Shown here piece by piece: positions 18,379-27,514 of a DNA stretch of 64,000 nt. The DNA comes from Abditibacterium sp. (lineage in GTDB: Bacteria; Armatimonadota; Abditibacteriia; Abditibacteriales; Abditibacteriaceae): NCBI GenBank assembly GCA_965199495.1, contig CBDASK010000003.1, forward strand, positions 3,456,001-3,520,000. Direction: 5' to 3'. The position numbers and the translations under genes were made by a program. Below the pieces are notes generated by a model. It was not told the DNA's origin, searched no databases, and saw only the letters and a list, made by a program, of their open reading frames with translations. Each line of letters opens with the position of its first letter. Position 1 is the first letter of the stretch.

Positions 18379-20547
18379 TTATAATTCTTCGATGCGCGCC
18401 AACGCCGTCGTCGCGAGTGCATCGAACCAGCGGCCATTGGGCGAAACCATTGGCAACCACCATGCGGTCGGGCGCACGTTGTTCTGGCGCAAACTTTCCG
18501 ATGCGCGCATCGCGTTGCGCACCAACAATAAGCGCGCCAATTCCGCCTGCGATTCCAACGCCTCAATGCGCGCGCGCAAGAGAACGGCGGCTTCGCTTTT
18601 CTCCAGTTCGAGTTGTGCTTGAAGTTTCTTATCCGCCTGCGCCCGTGCCGACCGCGCGCCGTTTTGCGCGGCCTTGATGCGCCCGTCAAATTCGCGCCAC
18701 TGTGTTTCCCGCTCGGCGATTTGCGCGCGTAATTCGCTTTCGCGCGTCGCTTCGCGCGCTTCCAGTTCGGCGACGTGGCTGCGTTCGAGCTTGGATAATT
18801 TGCGCGGTTTGCCGTTTTCGCCGAGCGGATTGAGGCGTTGCGCGGCGGCCTCTTTGATGTCGCGGATTTGTTCTTTCCGTGGCCAAATCTGCGCGCGAAA
18901 GAAATCGCCTTTTTCGCGCTCCAAAGTCTGCGCTTTCTGAGTCGCCAGATGCGCTTGCTTCTGCAATTCGTCGCGTTGATTTTTTAATGGTTCGACTTGC
19001 TCGCGTAACGCGCGTAAATCTTCGCGCACGGCTTCGTATTCCGCTTTTTTTGCAAGCCATTTTTCGCCATCCAAATCGGCGAGAGCGTCCATCAAATCTT
19101 CGGTTTTGTGACACGCTTTCAAGCGCGCGCGCACCGCGTCGCATTGCGCGCATTTGTCGCGCCATGTCGCGGCGAACTCGGAAGCCGAAACTTTTCCATC
19201 GTCCCACAAATGCGCTAAGTGCGGCGGCAATTGAAAATGAGCCTCCACGCCCGCAAGCGCGTCCCACGTCTCGTATTTGAGGCGCAACATCGGATGTAAA
19301 TTTAGCTCGATGCCGTGCGAACGCAGTGCGTCATTCATCTTCTGGGTGCGCGAAGTGTAGCCCGACGCTTTTTCGTGGAACACGAAAATAAACTCGGCGC
19401 TGAGCATCGAAATCAAACTCACGGCTTTGCCAACGAGGGCGATGTCCGGCCCAAAATGTCCTTCCAGCAACGCGGCCAAGCGGCCAATCGAATGCGGATC
19501 GCAGTTTTGGCAAATTTCGATGGGCGTTTCGGTTTCGACGATGACGTTGCCTTCGTGCAAGCGCAAGGTGCCGCGCCCGTGACCGGGCACGACAACATCA
19601 AAGGGCAGGGCGCCCGGCCCAAACTGATCCAAAGCGTAAATGCCCGATCCGCGCAGAGCTTCGTTATAACATCGTTTGGCCAGTTCGCGCGTCGCCGGAT
19701 TGAGAAAAATATCAACGAAATTAAATCTTGGCAAATTGGCGGTTTGCGCGTTGAAACGAAACAAATCGAGCGAAGTCGTGGTTTCGAGTTCGCAGGTCGC
19801 GCCGCCGCGCACCAAACGCCAAATCTTCGGAATTAAATCTTGGTATAAATCCGACAAACTCGCGTCGGCGTGTAACATCGCGAACTCTTCGACCCAGCCC
19901 AAAATCGCGCGCGCCACGTCGCGCGCCGCGCACGGTTCGTCGTCCTCAAAATCGGGCGGACAACCGTTAATTGTCAAACTTTGCCGAAATCCCCAGCGCA
20001 ATTGCTCACGCAAAGCGGGCAAAATATCGCTCAATTTTACATCGGCGGAAATCAACGGATGCGGCTCGGTATGGACAATCGCGCGCCATAAGGGCGCGTC
20101 GGTTTCCTGATTGAGTAACGCTTCGGCGTCGCCAAAATAGGCTTTGGCGGCTTTGGCGAACGCGATGTTTTCGCGCGTAAAATCGCCGCGCGAAGGCACG
20201 ATTTCGGCGCCGAACAATGCCGACAATTCGCCCGCCGCGCTCCACAAACCGCGCGTATCGCCGTCGTTGTGACGCAACACGGCGAACGGTTCGCTTTGGA
20301 TCGCCAAACCTTCGAGTTTGGCGAAATAGTCGGTGTCATGAACACCAGCCACGACGCGCGCGCCCGGTGGCACTTGCCCGCCAAATTCGAGCGATTCGCA
20401 CAAACGGCAAAACGCGGCTTTGACCGGTTCGTCCCACAAAACGGTCTGCCCAAGCGTAAGAAATGGTGTATCGGGATAGCGAGTGCGAAGCTCGCGCAAA
20501 GCCGCGACTGTCGCGGCGGGAATAGTGGAAGACTGCGGGGAGGCCAT
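18379..20547 (-). CDS. Hypothetical protein with long C-terminal coiled coil
   Basis: ORF of more than 700 aa with host-like codons; globular N-terminus and helical E/K/R/Q-rich C-terminus. Confidence 0.8.
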   Translation of the reverse strand: MASPQSSTIPAATVAALRELRTRYPDTPFLTLGQTVLWDEPVKAAFCRLCESLEFGGQVPPGARVVAGVHDTDYFAKLEGLAIQSEPFAVLRHNDGDTRGLWSAAGELSALFGAEIVPSRGDFTRENIAFAKAAKAYFGDAEALLNQETDAPLWRAIVHTEPHPLISADVKLSDILPALREQLRWGFRQSLTINGCPPDFEDDEPCAARDVARAILGWVEEFAMLHADASLSDLYQDLIPKIWRLVRGGATCELETTTSLDLFRFNAQTANLPRFNFVDIFLNPATRELAKRCYNEALRGSGIYALDQFGPGALPFDVVVPGHGRGTLRLHEGNVIVETETPIEICQNCDPHSIGRLAALLEGHFGPDIALVGKAVSLISMLSAEFIFVFHEKASGYTSRTQKMNDALRSHGIELNLHPMLRLKYETWDALAGVEAHFQLPPHLAHLWDDGKVSASEFAATWRDKCAQCDAVRARLKACHKTEDLMDALADLDGEKWLAKKAEYEAVREDLRALREQVEPLKNQRDELQKQAHLATQKAQTLEREKGDFFRAQIWPRKEQIRDIKEAAAQRLNPLGENGKPRKLSKLERSHVAELEAREATRESELRAQIAERETQWREFDGRIKAAQNGARSARAQADKKLQAQLELEKSEAAVLLRARIEALESQAELARLLLVRNAMRASESLRQNNVRPTAWWLPMVSPNGRWFDALATTALARIEEL

Positions 20548-20598
20548 AAAAACAAAAAAGGGACGCTTGAAGCAGGGCAAGAGGCGCGCCGATTTTTT

Positions 20599-20726
20599 CG
20601 GATAGCGGATTTCAGAGGGCCGATTTCAGATCGGGTTGAAGAGATTGTAATGTCTGATTTAGTTCGTCACATTTCGCCCGATTTGACCGTATCCGAAATC
20701 GGCTCTCTGAAATCCGACATCCGATA
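20599..20726. repeat. Heptamer-unit imperfect inverted repeat (CGGATTT/AAATCCG-like)
   Basis: cggatagcggatttcagagggccgatttc is mirrored by gaaatcggctctctgaaatccgacatccg. Confidence 0.6.
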
Positions 20727-20821
20727 TAGTAAAATCTTCTTTACAAACGCGCCACGTTGCGCGCGGTGTCAAATTTGCCGCGTAAACTTTGACGCACCAA
20801 GGATTCCAATTTTAGGAAATT

Positions 20822-21568
20822 ATGAATATGCCACGCGCCCTTTTGATTGATGACGACATTGAACTCGCCGAACTGGCCAACGAGTTTCTGACGCTCGAAG
20901 GCTTCGACGTTGAAGTCGCTCCACGCGGCGATACCGGTCTCGAACGCGCTCTGGCCGGTGGCTTCGATGTCATCGTATTGGACGTAATGCTGCCCGGTCT
21001 GGGCGGCTTTGAAGTTTTGCGTCGTTTGCGCGCCCAATCGAGCGTGCCCGTCGTGATGTTGACCGCGCGCGGCGATGAAGGCGACCGCATTTTGGGCCTC
21101 GAAAGTGGCGCCGACGATTATCTGCCCAAACCATTTAACCCGCGCGAATTAGCCGCTCGTCTGCGCGCGGTTTTGCGCCGTTCGAGTGGTGAAGGCGCGA
21201 GTGCGCCGCATCGCGAAAAAATGGAAGTGGGCGATTTGGAAATTAATTCGGCCTCTCGCGTGATGCGCAAAAACGGCGAGAAAATAGAACTCACGGGTTT
21301 GGAATTCGATTTGATGGTCGCGTTTCTGCGCGAGGCGGGCAAAGTCGTGGCGCGCGAACAGATTTTTCGCGAAGTTTTCGGTCGTAAACTGTTGCCCGGC
21401 GACCGCTCGATTGATACGCACGTTTCCAATTTGCGCCGCAAACTCGGTTCGCATCCCGACGGCAGCGACCGCTTCAAGAATTTGCGCGGCGTCGGCTACG
21501 GTTACACGCTGCCAGAAAATTTCGTGCCCGCCGTGGCGGTTGAGGACGATGAGGAAAATGAAGAGTAG
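20822..21568 (+). CDS. OmpR/CpxR-family response regulator, no adjacent kinase
   Basis: LIDDD, LDVMLP, MLTARG, GADDYLPKPF, DRSIDTHVSNLRRKL, RGVGY. Confidence 0.95.
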   Translation: MNMPRALLIDDDIELAELANEFLTLEGFDVEVAPRGDTGLERALAGGFDVIVLDVMLPGLGGFEVLRRLRAQSSVPVVMLTARGDEGDRILGLESGADDYLPKPFNPRELAARLRAVLRRSSGEGASAPHREKMEVGDLEINSASRVMRKNGEKIELTGLEFDLMVAFLREAGKVVAREQIFREVFGRKLLPGDRSIDTHVSNLRRKLGSHPDGSDRFKNLRGVGYGYTLPENFVPAVAVEDDEENEE

Positions 21569-21577
21569 AAATTAAAT

Positions 21578-21956
21578 TCAAAAAAGCCCGCCGATTAACT
21601 TCGACGGGCTTTTTAAATTAAAAGAGGTTGCACTCAATCTTCGGAAATTCAGTTTTAACGGAAAACCCGTCAGAGCAAAGTGAATGAAATCCTGACTTAC
21701 GGTTTGGCTGGTGCCGGTTTGAAAACGCACCCACGCCGGGATGATGTGCAACTCGTCGGGCCGCAAATCAATGCGTTCTTGCCGAAAAATAAGATGCGCA
21801 CCGGGACGGTCATTGACATAAATGTGCCAGAATGGACTGAGTAAGTCGAGTTGCCATGTTTGCGGGTTAATTTCGAGATTCCATGAGGTAACGACCTTGC
21901 AATTGCGCGTGCCGCAGTAAGTTAGCCCAGATCGTGGGTGAAAATTGGATTGGCAT
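21578..21956 (-). pseudogene. Frameshifted, truncated AraC-family regulator (N-terminal cupin part only)
   Basis: MPIQFSPTIWANLLRHAQLQ joins, after removing one base near 21895, VVTSWNLEINPQTWQLDLLSPFWHIYVNDRPGAHLIFRQERIDLRPDELHIIPAWVRF. No HTH follows. Confidence 0.6.
21580..21614 (+). terminator. Intrinsic terminator
   Basis: AAAAAGCCCG...CGGGCTTTTT directly after the regulator stop. Confidence 0.7.
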
Positions 21957-22107
21957 AAGCGAAGTTCGTGTGCGGTAATTTACATAAGTTGGGCTAATTC
22001 TGCCATAGAATTTGAAGAACCTTTGTCCTAAGCTAAAAATCTGTGCATAAAGAGGCTCTGTCCGAGCGCTGTCGCTGCAATGGGCAGAATTTTTGTCCTG
22101 TTTTACG

Positions 22108-23913
22108 ATGAAACCAATCAACTATTTTTTGCTGACTTTGTTTGGCCTTGCGGCATTTGTCGTAAATTCGCGCGCGCCAACCGCGTGGGCGCAAGTTGCG
22201 ACGTCGCAAAGCGCGCCGTCGCCCGATCCGCGCGCGAACGAAACTAAAGCGCAACGCGATGCGCGCATGAAATGGTGGCGCGAGGCCCGTTTTGGTATGT
22301 TCATTCACTGGGGACTTTACGCGGTGCCCGCCGGACGCTGGAACGGCGGCGAAGTGCCCGGAGCGGGCATCAACGTTCAGGGTTACGGAGAATGGCTGAT
22401 GCACAACGCTCAAATTCCTGTCGCGCAGTATGCGGCGCTGGCGCCTCAATTCGATCCGACGCAATTCAATGCCGAGCGCTGGGTCGGCTATGCTAAAGCC
22501 GCAGGCATGAAATATATCATCGTCACCGCCAAGCATCACGACGGTTTCGCGATGTATCCGAGTAAGGCGAGCCGTTACAACATCAGAGACGCCACGCCTT
22601 TTGAGCGCGACCCGTTGGCGGAACTTAAAGCGGCGTGCGAGAAACAAGGAATTAAATTCGGCATTTACTACTCGCAAAATCTCGATTGGTCGTATCCCGG
22701 TGGCGGAATGTCGGGCGAAGCGTGGGATCCGGCGGCGCAAAATGGCAGCTTCCACGATTATGTAAAAAACCTCGCTGCGCCGCAGGTTGACGAACTTTTG
22801 ACGAACTATAAACCCGCCGTTTTGTGGTGGGATATTCCCGGCGATTTGACGCCCGATGAGGCGCGTGCGCTCACGGCTTCGTTTAATAAAGCGCCCGGTC
22901 TAATCGCCAACGACCGCATGGGCGGTGGGGTGCCCGGCGATACCAGCACGCCCGAACAATACATTCCCGCGACCGGTTTGCCCCATCGCGATTGGGAAGT
23001 GTGCATGACGATGAACGACACCTGGGGCTACAAAGTGGACGATCACAACTTCAAGTCGAGCGCGTCATTGATTCGCAATTTGATTGATATCGCGTCCAAA
23101 GGCGGCAATTATCTGCTCAACGTCGGCCCCGATGCGAACGGCGTCATTCCCTCACCAGAAGTCGAGCGCCTCGCCGCGATAGGCGCGTGGATGGACAAAA
23201 ATGGGGAAAGCATTTACGCGACGACTCCCAGTCCGTTCAAGCGCTTGAGTTGGGGCCGCGCCACCACCAAGCGCGAGGGCGACCTAACCACGCTCTATCT
23301 GCACGTCTGGGATTGGCCCGCCAATGGAAAATTGCTCGTGCCCGGTCTGCAAAACGCGCCGCGCCGCGCCTATTTACTGAACTCGAAAAAAGGTTTGACC
23401 GCCATCAAAACCGCTGATGGCGTCACCATTTCGCTGCCCCCTACCGCGCCCGATGCGGTCAGTTCGACCATCGCGTTGGAGTTCGCGGGCGCGCCCATCG
23501 TTGTGGCGCCTCCAATCGTGCAAAACGCTGATGGCACATTGCAACTTGCGCCGATTGACGCCACTACGCACGGCGCCATCAGCGTTGAGCAGAAAACCGA
23601 TGGCAAAGATAATTTCGGTTTCTGGCTTAACCCGACCGATTTCGTCGAATGGGATTTTCGCGCGGTGCGCGCGGGCCAATACGAAGTGACCGCAGAAGTC
23701 GCCGCGCCCGTAGCCACGTCGCTAAATTTGATGGTGAACGCTCAAAGCAACACTGTCGCTGTGCCCGCGACGGGCGATTACGGCAAATTTCAACGGATTT
23801 CGCTGGGTAAAATTGTCTTCGATGCGCCCGGCCCGATGACACTAAAACTCAAACCCGGCATCAATTGGAACGCCATCAATTTGCGCGCGGTAAATCTGCG
23901 CCCAATGAAATAG
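22108..23913 (+). CDS. Alpha-L-fucosidase (GH29) with C-terminal beta-sandwich/CBM-like domain
   Basis: WWREARFGMFIHWG, AGMKY..TAKHHDGF, LWWD, WE.CMTMNDTWGY, GGNYLLNVGP. Confidence 0.93.
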   Translation: MKPINYFLLTLFGLAAFVVNSRAPTAWAQVATSQSAPSPDPRANETKAQRDARMKWWREARFGMFIHWGLYAVPAGRWNGGEVPGAGINVQGYGEWLMHNAQIPVAQYAALAPQFDPTQFNAERWVGYAKAAGMKYIIVTAKHHDGFAMYPSKASRYNIRDATPFERDPLAELKAACEKQGIKFGIYYSQNLDWSYPGGGMSGEAWDPAAQNGSFHDYVKNLAAPQVDELLTNYKPAVLWWDIPGDLTPDEARALTASFNKAPGLIANDRMGGGVPGDTSTPEQYIPATGLPHRDWEVCMTMNDTWGYKVDDHNFKSSASLIRNLIDIASKGGNYLLNVGPDANGVIPSPEVERLAAIGAWMDKNGESIYATTPSPFKRLSWGRATTKREGDLTTLYLHVWDWPANGKLLVPGLQNAPRRAYLLNSKKGLTAIKTADGVTISLPPTAPDAVSSTIALEFAGAPIVVAPPIVQNADGTLQLAPIDATTHGAISVEQKTDGKDNFGFWLNPTDFVEWDFRAVRAGQYEVTAEVAAPVATSLNLMVNAQSNTVAVPATGDYGKFQRISLGKIVFDAPGPMTLKLKPGINWNAINLRAVNLRPMK

Positions 23914-23980
23914 TGCGCGAGTTTTGTGCGCGAAACTGGCCTCAACAATTTCTGGCACCGCGTTATTTTGAAGGAGTAAT

Positions 23981-24053
23981 TTCGCACAAAGGAGACAAAG
24001 ATATTCGGATGATTCTTTGTTTCCTTTGTGCGATCTCTGTGTCTTTGTGCGAA
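23981..24053. repeat. Gene-less copy of the CACAAAG-unit repeat that flanks the GxxExxY gene
   Basis: TTCGCACAAAGGAGACAAAGAT...TCTTTGTTTCCTTTGTGCGATCTCTGTGTCTTTGTGCGAA resembles 55036-55077 and 55542-55583. Confidence 0.7.
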
Positions 24054-24054
24054 C

Positions 24055-24357
24055 CTAATTTAAAGTCTTTTTCGGCTCGCGATATTTTAGATAAGCCCAA
24101 ACGCCCAGAACGCCAGCTGGCAAATTCGCCACGCCGACGGCGATCATTGGCCATTCGCCCAGCGCCAAACCGTAGTTGAGCCAGGTGATTTCGTTGACCA
24201 GAGAAAGCCAGATCAAACTCGCCGAAATATCGCCCACACTTTTGGTGCGCCACATTTTCCAGACCTGATCATAAAAACCGTAAGTAACGACGGCGCTGCT
24301 CGCCAACGCGAGGAGGCGGGCGGCCTCGACATATTGAGGCGCGAAAGTGAAGAACAT
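24055..24357 (-). CDS. SemiSWEET/PQ-loop family transporter
   Basis: 100 aa with three TM helices; Q.WK.WRTKS.GDIS, WLNYG, WPMI...AN. Confidence 0.8.
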   Translation of the reverse strand: MFFTFAPQYVEAARLLALASSAVVTYGFYDQVWKMWRTKSVGDISASLIWLSLVNEITWLNYGLALGEWPMIAVGVANLPAGVLGVWAYLKYREPKKTLN

Positions 24358-24411
24358 AATTTAAGGTGCGCCGGGCATCAGCTACGGCGCGCGGTGCGCT
24401 CTGTAAACCGC

Positions 24412-25326
24412 GTGACGAAATTATCGGCCCAACCGCGCGTTCTGGATTTAGACGGCAGTTTAACCGCGCAACCCGCGCTCTCAGAACGAGCGACGATAGC
24501 AGCCACGTCGCAAGAATTGGGGCCATATCTGCGCTATCTTTGCACGCGCGCCGCGTTAAATCGTTTCGCCGCGTCTCTCGATCCGTCGCAAAGCCACCAA
24601 CTGACGTTTTATGGTTCGGGCGATTTTCATCATCTGACGGCGGTTTTGCTGGCTCAGTTTCGCGCGCAGCTCAGCGTTGTGGTTTTCGATCAGCATCCCG
24701 ATTGGGACATCACGGCGCCGGTGGCTTGTTGCGGCAGTTGGGTCAACACCGCTTTAAAATTGCCGCACATCAAGAAAATCGTCGTCATCGGCGCGGGCGA
24801 CGAAGATTTGGGCGGACAGCATCTATTGCGCGGCAACACGACGGCATTGCGCAACGGACGCCTCGAAATTTATCCGGCGACTTTCGCGCGTTCCCAAACG
24901 CTGTCGCGGCGCACGCGCCGTTTGCGTTGCGCCCGGCAAAGCGGTGGTTTTATCCATTGGAAAACCGTCGAACAATTGGGCTGGAACGATTTGATGAGCC
25001 ACGTCATCGCCGGTTTGCCGACGCGCCAGATTTACGTTTCGCTCGATAAAGATTGTCTGGTCGAACAAAACGCGATTTCTAATTGGGACGCGGGCGAATT
25101 GAAATTGGAAGACGTATGCGCCGCGATTGAAAGATTGAATCGCGAATGTGAAATCGTCGGCGCCGATGTGACCGGCGAATGGAGCGCGGGACAACCGGCT
25201 TCGCCCATATTTCGCGCGGTTTCGCGCGCCGATCATCCGCAGTTGCCAATACCTACGGCGGCGGAATTAACGCGCAATCAAGACACTAATTTACGCTTAC
25301 TCGACACGTTTTTGTCGTTGTGCTGA
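24412..25326 (+). CDS. Arginase/ureohydrolase-fold protein
   Basis: GSGDFHHL, FDQHPD, CGSWV, YVSLDKD, NWD.G, GADVTGE. Start codon uncertain. Confidence 0.75.
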   Translation: MTKLSAQPRVLDLDGSLTAQPALSERATIAATSQELGPYLRYLCTRAALNRFAASLDPSQSHQLTFYGSGDFHHLTAVLLAQFRAQLSVVVFDQHPDWDITAPVACCGSWVNTALKLPHIKKIVVIGAGDEDLGGQHLLRGNTTALRNGRLEIYPATFARSQTLSRRTRRLRCARQSGGFIHWKTVEQLGWNDLMSHVIAGLPTRQIYVSLDKDCLVEQNAISNWDAGELKLEDVCAAIERLNRECEIVGADVTGEWSAGQPASPIFRAVSRADHPQLPIPTAAELTRNQDTNLRLLDTFLSLC

Positions 25327-25432
25327 GAATGCTCTCACTCGTTGGTTCCGGCGCAACTCGCGAGCGTTCAATGCAAGGTCAAAGTGAGCGTTGATAATTT
25401 CGCATCAACAACGCTCACTTTTAAGGTTTCGC

Positions 25433-26692
25433 ATGAACTTCGCTCCCACTCGTCATCATTCGGGTTTATCTCCTCTGGCTCCCGAAGAAACTCTGTTGAA
25501 CGCGCCGCTTGAATTTGTCGTGCCGCGCGCGCTTCAGGTCGCCGTTGCCGATTCGATTTCGCAATTCGCCGTCGCGCAGTGGAACGGCTTAATTCCACGC
25601 GACGAGCCGCAATTGCGCCACGATGTTTTGTGCGCCGCCGAAAAATCGGGCATGGTCAACAATCCGCGTTACGTTACCGTCGAGCGGAGCGGCGAACTCG
25701 TCGCCGTGGCTGTCACTGATGACCTGCCGATTGACCTATTGACGTTGGCTGCGCCCAATTTGAAATCGCTGGCCACCAAGATTCGCCGTGGCCCGTTTCG
25801 CAATTTCTTAATGCTCAAATCGGTCGCGTGCGGCCCGGTCATTACCAATTGCCGCCCGAATTTATACATCGCGCCCAACTTGACTGGCCCAGCGCGCGCC
25901 GAAGTTTGCGCCGCTCTCATCGAAGCGATTGACGCGTTGCCCGGCGGCGGTCTGCGCGTTTTCTTCGAGCATACGACAGAGAGCGCCGACGATTTGCAAA
26001 ACGCCTTCGACCAAAACGGTTATGTGCGCGCCTTATCTTTGCCGGGCACACGCTTGGAAATTCGCTGGCCCGACTTTAAGAGTTATACGGATGGAATGCG
26101 CAAATTTTACCGTCGCACGATCCGCCACGATCAAAAAGCGGGCACCAATTTAGAGTTCAACATCGAACGCGATTTCGGTCATCTGGCGCCCGAAGTTCAT
26201 CGTCTGTATTTGAATGTTCTGGCGCGCGCCAATACGGGTTTCGAGGCACTGAGCGAAAAGTTTTTTCGCGAAATCGGCGGTTGCGAGGACGCGCGTTTGG
26301 TGACGGCGCGCCTGAAAACGACGGGCGAATTGGTCGGCGTCGAACTGTTGTTGCTGGGCGAAACCGGCATGCAAGACCTCTATACCGGCGTCAACTACGA
26401 TTACAACGACGAATGCCATCTCTATTTTAACTTGATTTATCCGGGTATCGCGATGGCGTGCGAAAACGGCTATCAGCGTTTAACAACCGGCCAAACTTCA
26501 TATAAATTCAAGAGCCGTCTGGGCGTCGAAACCTTCGATTTGTTCCTGTTTCTCAAGCATCGCAACCCAATTGTCAACGCGATTTTGCACCGCTTCCACG
26601 CGGTATTTTGCCCGCCGACCGAAACGTTTCGCCATCACGTTTTCCGCGATGAGAAAGTGCCGGACGAAAGCGAGTTATGCTCAATCGTCTAA
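25433..26692 (+). CDS. GNAT/FemAB-like acyltransferase
   Basis: F..Y...M.K.YR..IR, LY.NV, F..L...FF, LYFNL.Y, GQTSY.FK.RLG. Confidence 0.75.
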   Translation: MNFAPTRHHSGLSPLAPEETLLNAPLEFVVPRALQVAVADSISQFAVAQWNGLIPRDEPQLRHDVLCAAEKSGMVNNPRYVTVERSGELVAVAVTDDLPIDLLTLAAPNLKSLATKIRRGPFRNFLMLKSVACGPVITNCRPNLYIAPNLTGPARAEVCAALIEAIDALPGGGLRVFFEHTTESADDLQNAFDQNGYVRALSLPGTRLEIRWPDFKSYTDGMRKFYRRTIRHDQKAGTNLEFNIERDFGHLAPEVHRLYLNVLARANTGFEALSEKFFREIGGCEDARLVTARLKTTGELVGVELLLLGETGMQDLYTGVNYDYNDECHLYFNLIYPGIAMACENGYQRLTTGQTSYKFKSRLGVETFDLFLFLKHRNPIVNAILHRFHAVFCPPTETFRHHVFRDEKVPDESELCSIV

Positions 26693-26705
26693 ACTTCAAT
26701 TTCCC

Positions 26706-27011
26706 ATGACGATGATTTTGGAACTGCCCGCCGAACTGGAAGCGCGCCTCCAAGCCGATGCGCGCGCGCGTGGAGTTGCGCCCGAAATCGTCGTTGTAGA
26801 GGCGGTCAGCGCGCGTTACTCAGAGCAAACAAACGCCGACGAGCAAAGGCGCCAGGCGGCGTTGGCAGGATTGGGAATGTTCGCGGGCCGAGGCCGCAGC
26901 GTGGATGAGTTTTTGGCCGAACGCCATGCTGAAGGTCAGGCCGAATACGAGAAATGGAGCGCGCAGCGTTTGGGCGACGAAGTTGACAACGCCGCCGGAG
27001 ATGTTTCGTGA
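26706..27011 (+). CDS. Putative antitoxin
   Basis: MILELPAELEARL RHH-like start, SVDEFLAER; overlaps the PIN gene by 4 nt (GTGA). Confidence 0.65.
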   Translation: MTMILELPAELEARLQADARARGVAPEIVVVEAVSARYSEQTNADEQRRQAALAGLGMFAGRGRSVDEFLAERHAEGQAEYEKWSAQRLGDEVDNAAGDVS

Positions 27012-27496
27012 GAATCGTCGCCCCGGTGAGCGTCGCGCCCGGTGGAACTTACGTTTTAGATTCGTCGGGAATGTTGGCCTACCTGAAGAACGAGGCGGGC
27101 GGCGCTTTGGTCGCCAGCATTCTGAGCGATGTCACTTCGACGGTTTACGCTCACAGCGTCAACCTGGTCGAGGTGCGTTACGATTTTGGCGCACCATCCG
27201 TAGAAGCGAATCGTAGCGCGGCAAAGCGGGCCTTGGCTCAACTTTTCGCGGCGGGCGTGCAAGAAAGACGCGATAACGATTCCGAATTTTTTGAAGATGT
27301 GGCGCTTTTAATCGCCGAGCGGCGCGCGCAATTGCCCGATCCAAATAATCCAAGACAGAAACCGCGCTTGGCTCTGGGCGATGCGTTTGGTCTGGCGTTA
27401 TCGAGACGGTTAGGCGTTGGGTTCGTCACCGCCGACCAAAGCGAAATCGTGCCGATGCAAACCGCCGGATTTTGCCGCGCGCTGTTTATTCGGTGA
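27008..27496 (+). CDS. PIN-domain (VapC-like) toxin
   Basis: YVLDSS..LAYL..E.G, VNLVEV, LALGD, VTAD. Confidence 0.8.
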   Translation: MRIVAPVSVAPGGTYVLDSSGMLAYLKNEAGGALVASILSDVTSTVYAHSVNLVEVRYDFGAPSVEANRSAAKRALAQLFAAGVQERRDNDSEFFEDVALLIAERRAQLPDPNNPRQKPRLALGDAFGLALSRRLGVGFVTADQSEIVPMQTAGFCRALFIR

Positions 27497-27514
27497 CTAA
27501 TCGAGTAACTCACT

